A stretch of DNA of 64,000 nt, from NCBI RefSeq assembly GCF_024521635.1, contig NW_026250417.1:62001-126000 (forward strand), read 5' to 3'. The notes under the pieces are model-generated. The model was not told where the DNA came from. It ran no database searches and saw only the letters and a list, made by a program, of their open reading frames with translations. Both the position numbers and the translations under genes were made by a program. Positions 34,801 to 48,500 of this stretch are shown piece after piece. Origin of the DNA: Tricharina praecox. Taxonomy: Eukaryota. Positions within the stretch are counted from its first letter, which is position 1. Every line of letters begins with the position of its first letter.

Positions 34801-37800
34801 TTGCGATGCACAAAACAGCGATGTTTGCACCGTCCTTCATTCTACGGCGATGGCCGTATATTCTACCCACCATCCCGGAGACGCCACCAGCTAATATTGC
34901 AGGCGGTACCATAGATGACCCTACCTAGCCACCTACATCACCACCACCATCATCATCATCACCACCAGCATCATCATGCCGCGAAACAACCCGGTCATGG
35001 TCTGTACGAAAAGCGAATGAACCAACCAGCCAACCAACCAACCAGCTGCGCCCCAAGCCATGATCGAGGAACACGGTACACCCTCCGACGAATGACAGGC
35101 CACACATCACTTGTTTAGTCAACTTCGGAGACGCGCACCTGGCCATGGGCTTGCTAAATATGCACCCGTCGCCAGTAACCATAGGTACACATGCACGGCA
35201 AAATATCAACTCTCTCCGGAGCCGTCACGTGTGGAAACAATTATCTAGGTATTCCGCACACGGCTCGCCCGTATGTACGACTCGAGGAGTTCAGTTCATC
35301 AGCGATACTCTACTCTAACTACGGTAGACGAGTGGAGTGGAATCACGAGGAGTGGAGTCCGGACCAGATGCCCATCGAAGAAGGTGTGGGCGCGCGCAAC
35401 TTCCCGTGATCCATGTTGCGCTTGGAAGTTGGAGGAGGAGTCACCTGTAACTCGGGATAGGATTATCTACGGGTACTTATGATACAGACATATGAGGCGA
35501 ACATACAAAACGCCGTATCATAGCAGTGTCGCGGCGACGTTGGATCGGATGTCTACCGGTAGTTATCTTCTGCCTACTAGCACCTAGTATCGTGCATATG
35601 CCGAAACGAGCACTGGAGCCTGTGTCGGTGCCGCGCTGCATCGCTGCATCGCAGAGTATGTACTCTGCATACACACTACCTATACTCTCAGAGAGCCGAC
35701 CTTCAGAAACCGTGATGCATCCAATTCCCCCCCTTCCCCTCACCTCCCTCGCCTCGCCTATCCTCACCGCGCCGCGCCGCGCCTCGCCGCGCCCCTCCCC
35801 TACTCTAACTACTGCGGTTTCAACTTTCCAGTAGTCGATCCAGCCAACCAGGAGGTCCCCCCTATTGTATCTGCTTCTTCTAGAAGGTGTCATAAAAATA
35901 GATCGCCCAACCTGAAACGCAGAGTTAACCGGACCACTGACCACTAACCACCAGAGGAACCACTGATTGCCTGTCTGTCTGGCCCAACTCCATTTTCCCT
36001 TCTTTTCTTTTCTCCTCTTTTCTTTCTTTTTCTTTTCTTTTCGATTTTATTTTAAGAATTATGACCTCAAGCGGCAGGTGGGGGTTGCCAGTTGCCACTA
36101 GGCCAGTTGCAATTTGCAACTTGCAACTTGCAACTTGCAACTTACAGCTTGCAAGAGCACATGCAGTGAGTGCGAGTTGTGCACATGTTGTTTATGTAGA
36201 GTATGATCATATCCAGCAGAAAAGTCTGCAGAGATCGGTATGCAACTACTAGGGCTCTATGTAACTAAATGTTGCATGCGGACATGTACTCGAGTATCTA
36301 AAAGTACCAACCTAGCTAGTAGACGACGAGAATGTCGTTTGGTAGAGTGGAGTAGAGAGGTTTAGCCCTAATAAGTCGGTAGTAGTCCGTCCGGCCGGCC
36401 ATTCCAGTTTGCATCACCAGTACGGTACTCGGGAAGCCCTCGTATCGAATCGATGCTTGCGGTATATCCTGGGAATCAAAGACTTTCTCGCTCACCATCC
36501 GCCCTCCAATCGGAGCACATGTCCTACCAACTACCACCTACTCTACTATTCTAGCTACTAAAGACGATACGGTTCTCCAGCTATACCAATCGCATCCAGT
36601 CGCATCTTTCGCTGCTTTACTCCACTCTAGTGTTGAGCGGTTCTCACGATCGTAGCGTCCCACGCCACCTGCACTGCACTCCACTGCACTCCACTGCACT
36701 GCGCACTGCACCGTACCGCGATGCGCTGCACCCCCGGCCGGAACTCTACATAGATCGCTGGCGGTGGGCGGCGGGCATGTACTCTACTCTACTCTATGTA
36801 TGTACCTTTGCACATACGCAACCTCATTGGCCCATCTCCTCCACAAAAGCCCAAGACACCACTTATCTACTCTGCCTAGGTCTAACGGATCCCTAGTCGC
36901 AGATCTTCATGATCCCAGACGGACTCCAGAGCCCCACACGCATGGACCGGGGATATATTTCTGTGGCAGATCGCTATCAGAGTACCGGTATCGGTGTGGA
37001 CATATCTATCCTCCCCCCCGCCCCCCCCCCTCCGACTTGGACTCCCAGCGTCAACAGCCCCCATTGTAATGTGCAATGTACAAAACAGAGTCAGAGTCGC
37101 TCGCCTACCATGAGCGCGTTAAGGTCCCCCCAGCCCCCCCCCCCCCCCCCCCCTCCCCCCCCGAACCAACCCGGCCAGCGTCTGCTGGCCGCTGGCGAGC
37201 GAGCGAGCGAGCGCGAGGTGGAGGCTGAGGAGACGTTTGGACGGGGAGGAATCGGAGGTAAACGCGGGCTTCATGTGCTCCGGTTCACTTTACACAGGTA
37301 TTTACGGTATATACAGTAGGCTCTCGCGCGCGCCATATCCGTGCTTGGGGGGTTCGAAGCTCACCGGGGCCAGAAGAACATGAACATGGCCATGAACATG
37401 GGATATCTAAATACACGATCCGACGAAGATGATGCTGATTCGAGACTGACAGAGACTGACGGAGACGGCTAGAGATGGTCATGGTCACGGCGGGTACCGG
37501 ATGAGTGGTAACAGTAACGGCGCGGCGCAACTGGTGGCAGGTGCCAGTCTCCTAGACAGGTATACAGGTATCCTTATCGTGGGATTGCCGCCAGAGGCAT
37601 ACATACTCTATCTTTGAGACGCCCTTCCCCCGGCCTACACCCCCAACAGCAACGGCAACGGCAATGGCCTGGAAGGCAGGCTAACATCTACTCTACATAC
37701 TCTGCATCGGCGGCACGATAGCACGATGGCACAGTGTTCGTGACCAGGAACCGAGCATCCATGATCCAACGCATTGATCGCGACCAGGTCCGACATTCAG

Positions 37801-39470
37801 CAGCAGCACCTGCTGCTGCTGCACGAAATCCCGTCTTTTCATGCGGGGCCGGTTCAGATAGCCGGGAATCGCTCCATGTGTATACATATTTTTTTTTTGG
37901 TAGGGGTGTGTGGTCTTTTGCACGTGCTGCAGCGGGCTTCATTGAGCGACCGATCTGAGAGCTCTCCCCGGCCATCTGCCCTGGCTCCGGTCGGAATTCG
38001 AACGGGCTCGCAGTATTCGCAGTATATATTCGCAGTTCTCTTTGTACCGAAAAGAAAGAAAGAAGAGAGAAAAAATTCACACATCGCTATATTGTACCAT
38101 AGCATAGCATCGGCCAAGCCATCCCACCTGATCCTGGGGTGAGGCCCGAATTAGCAGCGGATAAACGCCGGCCGTTGATCACGGCCAATCACTCACGTCG
38201 CACTTACAGGCCCTCAAGACAACGCCCTCCCGGAACCCATCCATTCGCGCCCTTAGGCCTGACAGCGGCATTGCCTACATACAAGTGGGGTACAAAAATA
38301 GCAATTCCATCACTCGACCTGCATGAAGAATCAAGATAGCCGCCATCATCAATGTCGTTGGCTCTGTGGGCAGAGAAGCTTTATTATTATTAGAGACTGC
38401 CTGCGTGGTTACTGTCTAGACTCTATGTACAGGGAGAACTCTGAACGGGCTCATGTTGGTGCGGGCTATTGTAGGTACCGTGGTTGGGTTACGTCGGTGT
38501 GTAGTGGCTCGTGCACTGATCTGGACTTCTGTTGTCTCTGTCCGTCCTGCGACCGTTTACCCCCACCCGCCATGCACTGTACGCACCAATGCGTTGCTGG
38601 CTGTATAGACGCTTCGACGATAGCAACCACCTTGTTTTTTTTCCTGCAGATCCTTACTGGGAGCGGACAAAGGGATTGGCAGGCATTCATGATTCCGCCC
38701 CTCAAGCGGCAGAAGCTTAGGCTGGCCATCATTGAGGAGGGGGATCTGTCTCTCCCTACCCCACCCGGCCATCATTGATTCGGATCCGCGTATAGGTAGT
38801 ATAGTACACACATACAGCCGGCAGGTGCGCATCTTTCATTCTCCCAGCAAGCTTGCCCAAAAGCCCACTGTCTCGACTCTACAGCCCTTGGCTAGCTAGC
38901 TAGCCCTCCCGCCTCGGCCTGCGCATGAACGATGCAGTAGTCTATCTACTACCTATCCAGAAGGAACCCTCTCGACTTGCCGGCCCTGCAAAGACCTCAC
39001 ATGCACTTCCGCTCCTCCCCATCCCCACCCTCTCATGCACCCGCTTTCTGGCCATATCTAGTGGCAGCGTCTAGTGAGGGCCGGATATCGATCGTGGCGA
39101 GCGAGACCTTATCGCTCTGCGGTCCCGCGGTCCTGCAGAGTCAGCTCTCGGCAGTATGTAGTAGGTAGTGAGATGTCTTGTTTTTGTCTTGTCTTAACTC
39201 TAACGCAACGCAACGCAGCACTCCGGATACGGTCCACCGATGGACGAGCTGACTCTGAGTCTGAGTCTCGCAGCTTACCAGAGTATGTACACACGTATGT
39301 AATATGTATGCATCTTACTACACGGCCACGACCACGGCCTGCTGGGCTCTAGCGGTTGGAATCTTCAGGCTTTCCCTCCCCCTCATCCTCCCTCTCCCCC
39401 TCTTCCTCCTCCTACGCGCTGCATACCATGCACTCGACATGAATGTTTGCATAAGTACATACCTCTTACA

Positions 39471-39597
<127 letters not shown>

Positions 39598-42500
39598 GTT
39601 TGGTATTTTACCCGAATGGATATTGCCATATAGTATCACCCAGATAAGCCTAGCCGAACGACCCTGCCCTTGAACCTTCGCCAGAGGCTGCTGCTGCTGC
39701 CATATGCATGCAACGCTCCAAGCGGCAGCTGGCCCCGCTTCTCGACACTCGCCGTGAGGAATTCTTCAGGTTGTGGATGTGTGCATGTATGTGGGTGTGA
39801 ATGCATGTGGGTGTGACCGCGCCGATCTTTGAAAAAGCCGTTGCGTAGAGAAGAGGAGAGAAGATACGTGATGCAGCGGCGGGCGAACGTGCTCGGGGGT
39901 GAGTGAGTGCGCCAGTGCGTCACCGAGCCGAATCATAGCCCATGCATAGTCCATGGGCCACTCCACTCGCCGTGAAAGAGAAAAAAACTCTGCAGCAACT
40001 TGCAAGCCTTAGGCGTCTACATGGCTGGTGTGCTGCGTTGCATACTATCGATACTAGATACTATGTAGATACCTACCCACCCACTACCCAATGCGCCCCC
40101 GGCGTGCGGCTCAGACGATCTCTGTGGGAAGTTGGGAAGTTGGGAACCGGCTGAATCCACCACTGCAGTGCAGGGTTGTTTGGCGGTACATGCATACAAA
40201 CAACTTAAAAGCAGCGGCTGTGAAATGTTTCTCCCCGCAGCTGTCTGTTCTGTCACGCTCGCTTGTATCCATCCCCCCGGAAAGCTCCAGCCTCCAGGCG
40301 CATGTACACGCAAATGGCTATTGCGGCAAAGGCACCCGTTACCTAGTACCCCCCGTGCCACTGTGTATATTGTGTATATTGTGTATATAGTATTCTGGCC
40401 GCGTGCACGTCACTGGGTTCTGACTTCTCGCGGAGCCCGGAGGTTGGAGGTCGGCACCCCGAATCCTCGGGAACTGTAGAGTGTACATACATAGTCTGTC
40501 CGCATGACCACCTCCAGCAGCAGCAGCAAGCAGCAAGCAGGGCCCCCAGAGCCCCTGGGCTCTAACGGCCGCCTAGGTACGAAGGTATGTCATAATGTAT
40601 GCAGTCGGCGTTTAACCGCCCGCAGGGCCGCTGGTAATGTTGTAGCGACGTCGGCCCACTCTCTCCACACGGTGCTCGCGGTGGTGATTCGCGGTGGTGA
40701 CTCGCGGTGGTGACTCGTGGGATGGTTGGACGGTGGGACGGTGGGAGATGCAGATGCCAGACAACTTACGAGCAATGGGCGAGACGGAGGGGAGATTCAT
40801 CATCCAACAGCGTGGGGTAACTGTACGTGCTGTGCGGTAAGGTAAGGTAATGTGCGGTAAAGTAAGGTACGATAATGTACGATAATGTAAGGTGAGGTAA
40901 GGTAAGCCGATTCTTGAACCACAAACCGCAACTACAGACAACCTCCATACCACCAACTTCTAACGCTCGTGTACTGTGTTGTGTAGTGTTATGCTGTCCT
41001 GTCCTGGCCAGCCCACAGTCACGGCGGCAAAACCTCTCCAGGCCACCGGCAACTGCCAATGCAGTCTGTCCGTCCTTCCACTGAGCTGTCGATGTGATGC
41101 TCAGTTCCGACGAGCCATTGGCCGGCAGCTTCGAAGTTCGAAGTTCGAAGTCTCGCGGTTCGGTATTATATGTGCATATCCTGGGATGAGGCCAGGTTTG
41201 GCAGCTGCAGCATATTGTCGAGGGGTGTTGGTTCGACGCTGCTGGGGCCTGGGGGCGCCCTGGATCGGAGGTGCAGAGGGAATAGCCGTGAGATCTTATC
41301 CGTCTACACGCTGTTGGGCAGCCCAGGGGCGGCGGCTCGTAGGTACCGAATGATGCTCTCGAACGCTACTTTTCTATGTACGATCACTTTTTTCACTTTT
41401 TGGGGGGGCGGATGCGGAGGCGAGTGATATCCCCTCACCCCCCTTCCCACCCACCCTTTTCGTTTCTTTTCTTTTCCTCTCGGTACATATAGAACTCAGC
41501 ACGGCTCAGCTAGCTGACCGCTTCAGGCTTCAGCGAGTGGGTGTGGGTGTCGGTGTGGGTGTGGGTGCGTACGTGTGGGGTCTACCTACCTATGCAAAGG
41601 ATCTGACGATCCCTCGACCGACCGACGTTGTGATTCGTGATTCGTGAAATCCTCTTGCTCGAGACGCTGAAGACTTTTTTCCGGGTTGCTACGAGGGTGA
41701 GGAGGGTGGGAGGGCGAGACGCTGAGGAGACCGGTTGGTCGATGGTGTGATTGCTGGGGGAGGGGGGAGGGGGGGGATATTTCTTCCCGCGCACGACTCA
41801 TGAGTCCGGGAGACCAGTATGAACTCTCCAGTGTGGTATGCGCATATGGTGGGGCGGGTGGCCGGGGGGTTCTGCTCATTCACGATGCGTGTGTGCGTGC
41901 GTGCGTGCTCGCTCGCCAGTGCTTGAAACGAACGTGTGGAGATTTTTTGACTCCGCGACGCGACGCAGCCCGTGGTGACCGGCGCACTCGTGTGGGCACG
42001 TCAACCGCCCCCGCCTTCGCCCCCCGCCATGTCGCCGACGGCGCAGCTGTGGGCACCGGAGGCCGGTGTTTCTTCTCGCTGCCATCATGAATACTCGGGC
42101 GCAGGCTTGAGCTGTATGATGCATCGCTCCACCCACCTTCTCGAGCCGTGTGCCTACGGCGATGGCGGCCCACAGCTACAGCCAAAGAACTCTGAATACA
42201 CGGTTTCTCGTCCGCTCAGTCCTGGTATGGTAGTTAAGCAAGATATCGCCAGGCTTGTACCGGTACTGTGGTGTGTGATCCTGCGGGCATCCCTGGTACC
42301 GTAGTTTGTTGTTGCTTGCGTCTGAGGGGCTCGAGATGGCCTAATTATCTCTACTTACGTCTAAGTCCTTGTTCCGGCACTTTCTCAGTGTTGTACCAGG
42401 ATTTGCGACATCGTCCGGGCGAACATCCGCGTTCCTCACATCGATCTGCGAGTGATCCACCATGATCCACTGTGCTGCAACTCCTACAGGACCCGTCCTC

Positions 42501-45500
42501 CGTATGTAAGTACATACGACTCTGATATACAATTACCGGCTGGGCCAAGCGTGGTGACCGCGCTATAACATACTAGTAGACCTGCGTATCTCCGCCCGAG
42601 GCTGGAGGGAGGGATTACAGAAGCCGCCCTCTGATATCCGGCGGAACGACTGGCGCCCCCGGAATCCGGATATTGTCCCAGTGGTCCTCCGGTTTTCCGG
42701 CAGACTATCCACAGCTGAGCTGGGCGGTGTCTTGGCGGGCCGAGATGAGATGGAGCGATGACTGAAGTTCGAATTTCGAGCGGCACGATCGATTCACTTT
42801 CGAAGTACGTCTTCCGCCTCGCCGCAGCGGCGGCGCAACTCCATCACTCGGTGGTCCAATCACCTACATCTCGTGACCGCAGAATACCTATAAAAGTTAA
42901 AAAACCCCCATCCCCCGGCTCCCTCTCTCCCTCCCTCCCTCCCTTCTTCTTCTTCTTCTTCATACTACCTTGAAACCACACTATCAGCTCATCAAGCGGC
43001 AGAGCCCCGGGGTCATTCCCTCTTTGCACTTCAAAGAGGACGCATCGTCCCTGCGCGGTGGAGCACCTTCGGATTCTTCAATGATGGAATTTTTGATTTA
43101 TGTCGACGTAGAGTACCGTTTCTTCGGGATTCTGGTACGCGAGCTGGGGTCGGGGGACGGCGATGCTCTGTTGCCGAGCTTGGTGGCATGGCGACTCGCA
43201 ACTCGCAACTCGCAACTCGCACGAGTGATCCACCATGTTACGAGCTTTACCTCCCGCCCCCTTCCGCATTCTCGCATTCTCCCATCACCAATTCAGAGCC
43301 TATCATGGCTGCAAAATCCTGGCGTTCCGATGGCACGCGGGTAGCGCAGACATCGTGGCGTAATACACTTACGCACCGGGACACTGGGACGTGCGGACGT
43401 GTGGACTCCTTGAGGCGAGGTGCGGAAACCGCCACACAACACAGCACATATACACATACGGCTTAACACTTACGGCTTATGTACTTCAACGGCAATCTTC
43501 CGGAACCCTAGGCCATGGCAGCGATCGGAGCCGGCGTGCGCAGGGCAGCTCTTCGCCACGTCCGATGGCAAGACTCGCACGGTCGCACCCGCCGACTACG
43601 AGAGTAGAGTGCTGACAACACCACGGTAACCCCGCAGGCTGCCGTTGCCTGCTCCGTCCCCGTCCTGTCCTGTCTTGTCCTGTCATCTTCTCGTGGCTTC
43701 TACCGTACTCCTGTGACGCCCAGGCGGCGTGCGGAGACGACGAGTGACGAGTGACGAGTGGGTGACAGCTGCATGAGCATCGAGCCGGACATCGAGACAC
43801 CGCATACATACGGGCGCAGCCACGATCTACTCTACAGGTCCTTCGCTATACGGATCATCGTCATCGCTATCATCTAGTCCAGTCCGGTAGGTAGCAGTTG
43901 CTCCGTCTCCCCCTCCACCCCACTGGCGCCACCACGATATCCTTCCTTCCGTGCGATGCAACGTGGGCAGTTTTCTTCGATCTCCATCTCCATGCCGAAA
44001 AACCAGCGCACGTGCTCAGTCTCCGGGTGGGCCCTGGAGGGGGAGAGACGAGTTCTGCAAACACGCCCGCGCAGCACCGCATTGATGGAGTGTCCATCTC
44101 AAAAGCGTATTAGCATTAGTTATATACACATGTAGTTACGGAACGCGAGCCCCCGTGTCGACTGTCGACGACAAACAAACAGAACCAACGCACACGAACA
44201 CGCACACGAACACGTGGGGCAACAGACAGACAGACAAGCCTTCCTTCGGCCAGCTGGCCTGGCCTTGGCAATAGCATATCCTCCGCAGGGAAAAGCCCAC
44301 GTTCCCACGTGCCCTGCGACTCGCACACGGCGGCGGACGCACCATCGATAGGTCTGGTAGTTAGGTAGGCAGGCATCCTCAGTGCTCGGGACGGTCCGCG
44401 GTACTATAGATACCGGTATCTACCGGCAACTACGGGGTTCTAAGTATTGGCGACGAAGTCGGCGCCGTGTATGCCTAGGCAGCCCGTCGTTTGTCCGTGG
44501 GGTTAGTTCACGTTACGTACTCTGTTGCATACCGGCAACGACAGTGGAGACCGACGGCCGCTGGCGGCGGAGGAAGTCGGCGAGTCGACCAGCGCCTCGT
44601 CGCCCCACGTGCGTGTGCCGTCGAGTCGAGTCAGCGGTCATGACCTGGTGTCGCTCCCCAGTCCCCACTAAAATGGGTGGTAGCGGCGCACCATCCCGCC
44701 CGCCCGTCGGCGCCAACCGACCAACCAGCGGGTCGATAGCCTCCCCGTGCCTCTGCGCGTTACATAACGCAGCTCCAGCTCCAGCTCCTCCTCCTCCTCC
44801 TCCGCGAGGCATGTCATGTCATATCTTACATATCGCGCTTTCGGCGACCATCTGGGGCGCGGCTGTAAAGCTTAATTTCCCCCCCCTCCCCCCATCCCCG
44901 CCCGAAACTCGGCCTTCCTAGAGTATGGTAAGGTAAGGTACCCCCACCGAAGGAAAGAAAGAAAGAAAAGAAAAAAACCCCATCATCCTACGGCAGGTGC
45001 TCTACTGTGCCTACCGTGCCAGCCGGGCTTCCGATAGAGTACCCAGATGAGGCAGTGAGCCCTTATCTGCCCCCCCCCCCCCCCCCTCGCTCCCCGGAGC
45101 GGTGGTAAGTGACAGTGACAGGGCACTTCACTTTCTTTCTGACATAAGGGTTGTCGGTTACTAGTACATGTGATATCCGCCGTTTCGTTTCATGATGGTG
45201 GTGGTAGTGGTGGGGGGGAGGGAGCTAGCTGTCGACGGAAAACACGGAGGTGTGTCCGTGTCAGCGTCCGGTGTTTCGCGGCGAGGGGACGGCGAGGGGA
45301 CGGTGTGGCGAAATGTCAGATGGTCGATGTGAGGTATGATGTACGGTATGTAACCATCGGACAGCTGCCTACCCGCCTGTCTGACGGTGGGGCAGCAGCG
45401 AGCAGCAGCAGCAGTGAGCGAGTGATCATGGGCGTTGAGCGAGGGCGGCGAGCGGCGAGGGCAGGGTAGGGGTCTGAAACGGGGGCGGGGGGCAAGCTGT

Positions 45501-48500
45501 TTGTGTGTTTGTGTGTTTGTGTTTGTGTTTGTGGTCCACGCATGCTGATCGCCAGCCAGCCCACCAGCCAGCCAGGCCAGCCAGTGAGCTCGACGGACCC
45601 ACGATGGACGGAGGACAGATCTCGCATCATCCAAGTTCTCCAGATTTTCCAGGCTGAAACGTTTTATGTGTGTGGCCTGCCTAGTGCCCAACGCCATCGC
45701 ATCGCGTCGTGTCGCATCGGAGCAGGGCAAGGCAAGGTAGAGTACCTACGGTAGAGTGCTCTCCACAACCTACCTAACCTGACGCCCGGAGGACACTCCA
45801 TACAACACCTCACACCTCACACCTCACACCTCACCTCACATCAATGATCACATCGCGTCGCATGCATCGCCGCCCATCCATCCGTCCTGAAGGAAATCCG
45901 TCTTCACGCACCAACCAACCGTCGCATGGACCTTGCATCTTTCATCTTTCATCTTCCATCTTCCATCTTGCATCCACCATCCACCCCACCCCACCCCACC
46001 CCCACCCGCGCCCCCCATACGTACTTACATACATACAGTACCTACGGTACATCTCGACTGCGCAGTGCGAACCAGCATGCCCAGCTGAAACACTCTACTG
46101 CAATCGAAAGATTTTTTTTCTTCCACTCTCTCTGTCGCTCTGTCGCTCTCTTCCTTCCAATCTTTTGCATGTGCATGTGCTTGTGGGTGGTGGGTGAGCG
46201 TAGGCGCGGACTGGCTCAGTGCTGTCGTATGTACTCGTATGTAGGTTATGTAGGTTATGCGGGCGCATGCGAACAGGATATCCATCCATCCATCCATCTC
46301 CATACCGTAGCTATTATTCCATGTTCCATCATCAACCAGACCGGACCGCACACCGCACACCGCACACCGCACGCCGCACGCCGCAGGTTCCACGTCGCAA
46401 GTGGCAAGTCGCAAGTCGCACGCCGCAGCAGCGTGGCGTGGCGTGGCGTGGAATGGCGTGGCGCGTGTTCGCAACTTCGCATGCGACTCCGGAGTGGGGT
46501 TGCAGAGGTCGCGATTGGTGGAGTAGTACTATGGAGTACTCTAGAGTGGCTACCGCAAATCCAGACCGACCGACCAACCGACCAACCGGCCGACTCGCCG
46601 GGAAACGATACGGGGGGACGGGGGACGGGGGGACGGGAGAATGTTCTAGAGAGATACTTGTTCCAACCAACAGCACCAGCTACAGGTGGGGCAGATGGGG
46701 CAGATGGGGCAGATGGGGCAGATGGGGGCAGCGCGGTGGGGGCAGTAAGGCGGGTTTACCCTACATACATAGCCGAGACAGGACAGGACAAGACAGGACT
46801 GGACTGGATACTGGACAGAACCGGATACTGGACAGAACTGGATACTGGACTCGGATGCGCATGTGGCTGTGGCTGTGGCTGCGGTTGTCGCATGTGTGGC
46901 TGTGGGGAATACTATCATAGAGGTGGCTGTGGGGAATATGGGGCGGGGTGGCGATCCCCGCATATCTAATCTAATCTAATTCGAGTCCATCTCATTGAAC
47001 AAGGACTTTCAAGTTTCCAGAAGCTGGCGATGGAGAAGGTGCAAGCCAACATCGATATCGAGGCAGCTTGCCAAGCAAGCAAGCAGTTGCTCCCCAGTCC
47101 CTCCCGCCCAACTCCCGCCCAACTCCTAACTCCCCACTCCCGAGATGGGTAGAGCAGGAGGGATGGTCTGCTACGGTAACTTGCTAAGCGATATCGATAC
47201 GGTACCGTATCCAAGCCCTGCGGGCCCGTATCGACTTACCTAGTGTCGAAGGGACTCTCTCCCTCCCGACTCGAGAGAGAAAGGGGGAGAGAGAGAGCTC
47301 AGACCGAGGCGACGGGATGGGATAGGATGGGTTAGCATGAGATGGGATGGGATGGGCTTGGTTGGGGTTTGAAGTACCGAGACGACGGTAGTGGGGTTTG
47401 GTTTGGTTGGTTTGGGTTGGTGTTTACAGCTAACTACTCTACCTATGCTGGTTAAAGGAGCTGTACGTATGCACAAATCTACATACATACGAGGGAAAGA
47501 AGGAAGAGGAAGAGGAAGAACAAGCAAAACGACAGACAGGAGTCCACATCGTGATGATTGTTGTTGTTGTTGGTGTTGTCGTTGTTGTGTGCGTGTGTGT
47601 GTGGGGGGGGGCGGGATGATGTGGAAGGGAAAAAGAACTCGAAAGTTGAAACACAACGAGTTTTGGATGCGGAATTTGCACCGCCGCGAAGGAGCGGTCT
47701 CCTCTGCGATTCTGCACATCTTCACCGCTCGCGGTGAAGAATCCACATCCCTGCCCCTCCCTCCGTCCCTAACTAGCACTTACGCACGTACGCACGCACA
47801 CACGCAAAAGAGCAAAAGACGAAACCGAATGTTTGACCACGATTTGGGTCCCCAGATCTCATAGTGAACCGAAGCATCAGACCTGGCCCCTCCCGGCGAA
47901 AGCCGGGAGAGAAGAGAAAATACGGGGACCAACTTCTAAGGTCAATTGCAATTGTTTTGTTCTGTGATCCGACCGACGCTCTAACAAAACAACTTCACGG
48001 AGGAAGGAAGAAACGAGCAACACGGGTTGTAGGCGGATCGCCGCACGAAGAAGGAAAAGAGGGTTGAAGGGTGTCGCCGCCTTTTATGGGGCAGCGTCGG
48101 TGAAAATTTTCGCGCAGGATTCGTGGGTTACCCGGTCGACGAGCGGCGAAAATGACGGCGTAGGCGGAAGCACGTGCCCGACGAGTTGCCTAGGTACTCT
48201 AGGTATGGAGATGTCGGACTCTATGCTTCAACCACTGTGATATGAGGTCGCAGAGATGGCGAGAGACAACCATCGATAGGTACACGGCATATATTGCGGC
48301 GGATAAGAAACCCGAGGGAGGCGGTCTCGAGAGACGATATGTACCCATATATCTTCTGGAACATGACACAGCAGAAGGAAAATGGTACCCCGTCCACCCC
48401 GTCCGAAACGGCGATCAATCATCTCACCGCATCACCGCACACGTCTTGTACATATGGTTGCTAGTTGGTGGATACTCGTAGGTGGTACATCCGTACAGCT

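Noticed and set aside
45926-46969. 347-aa ORF inside the gene-poor tract
   Set aside because: Built from microsatellite translations (GADGAD, CGCGCG, HPPPHP); non-ATG start; no codon bias or domain.
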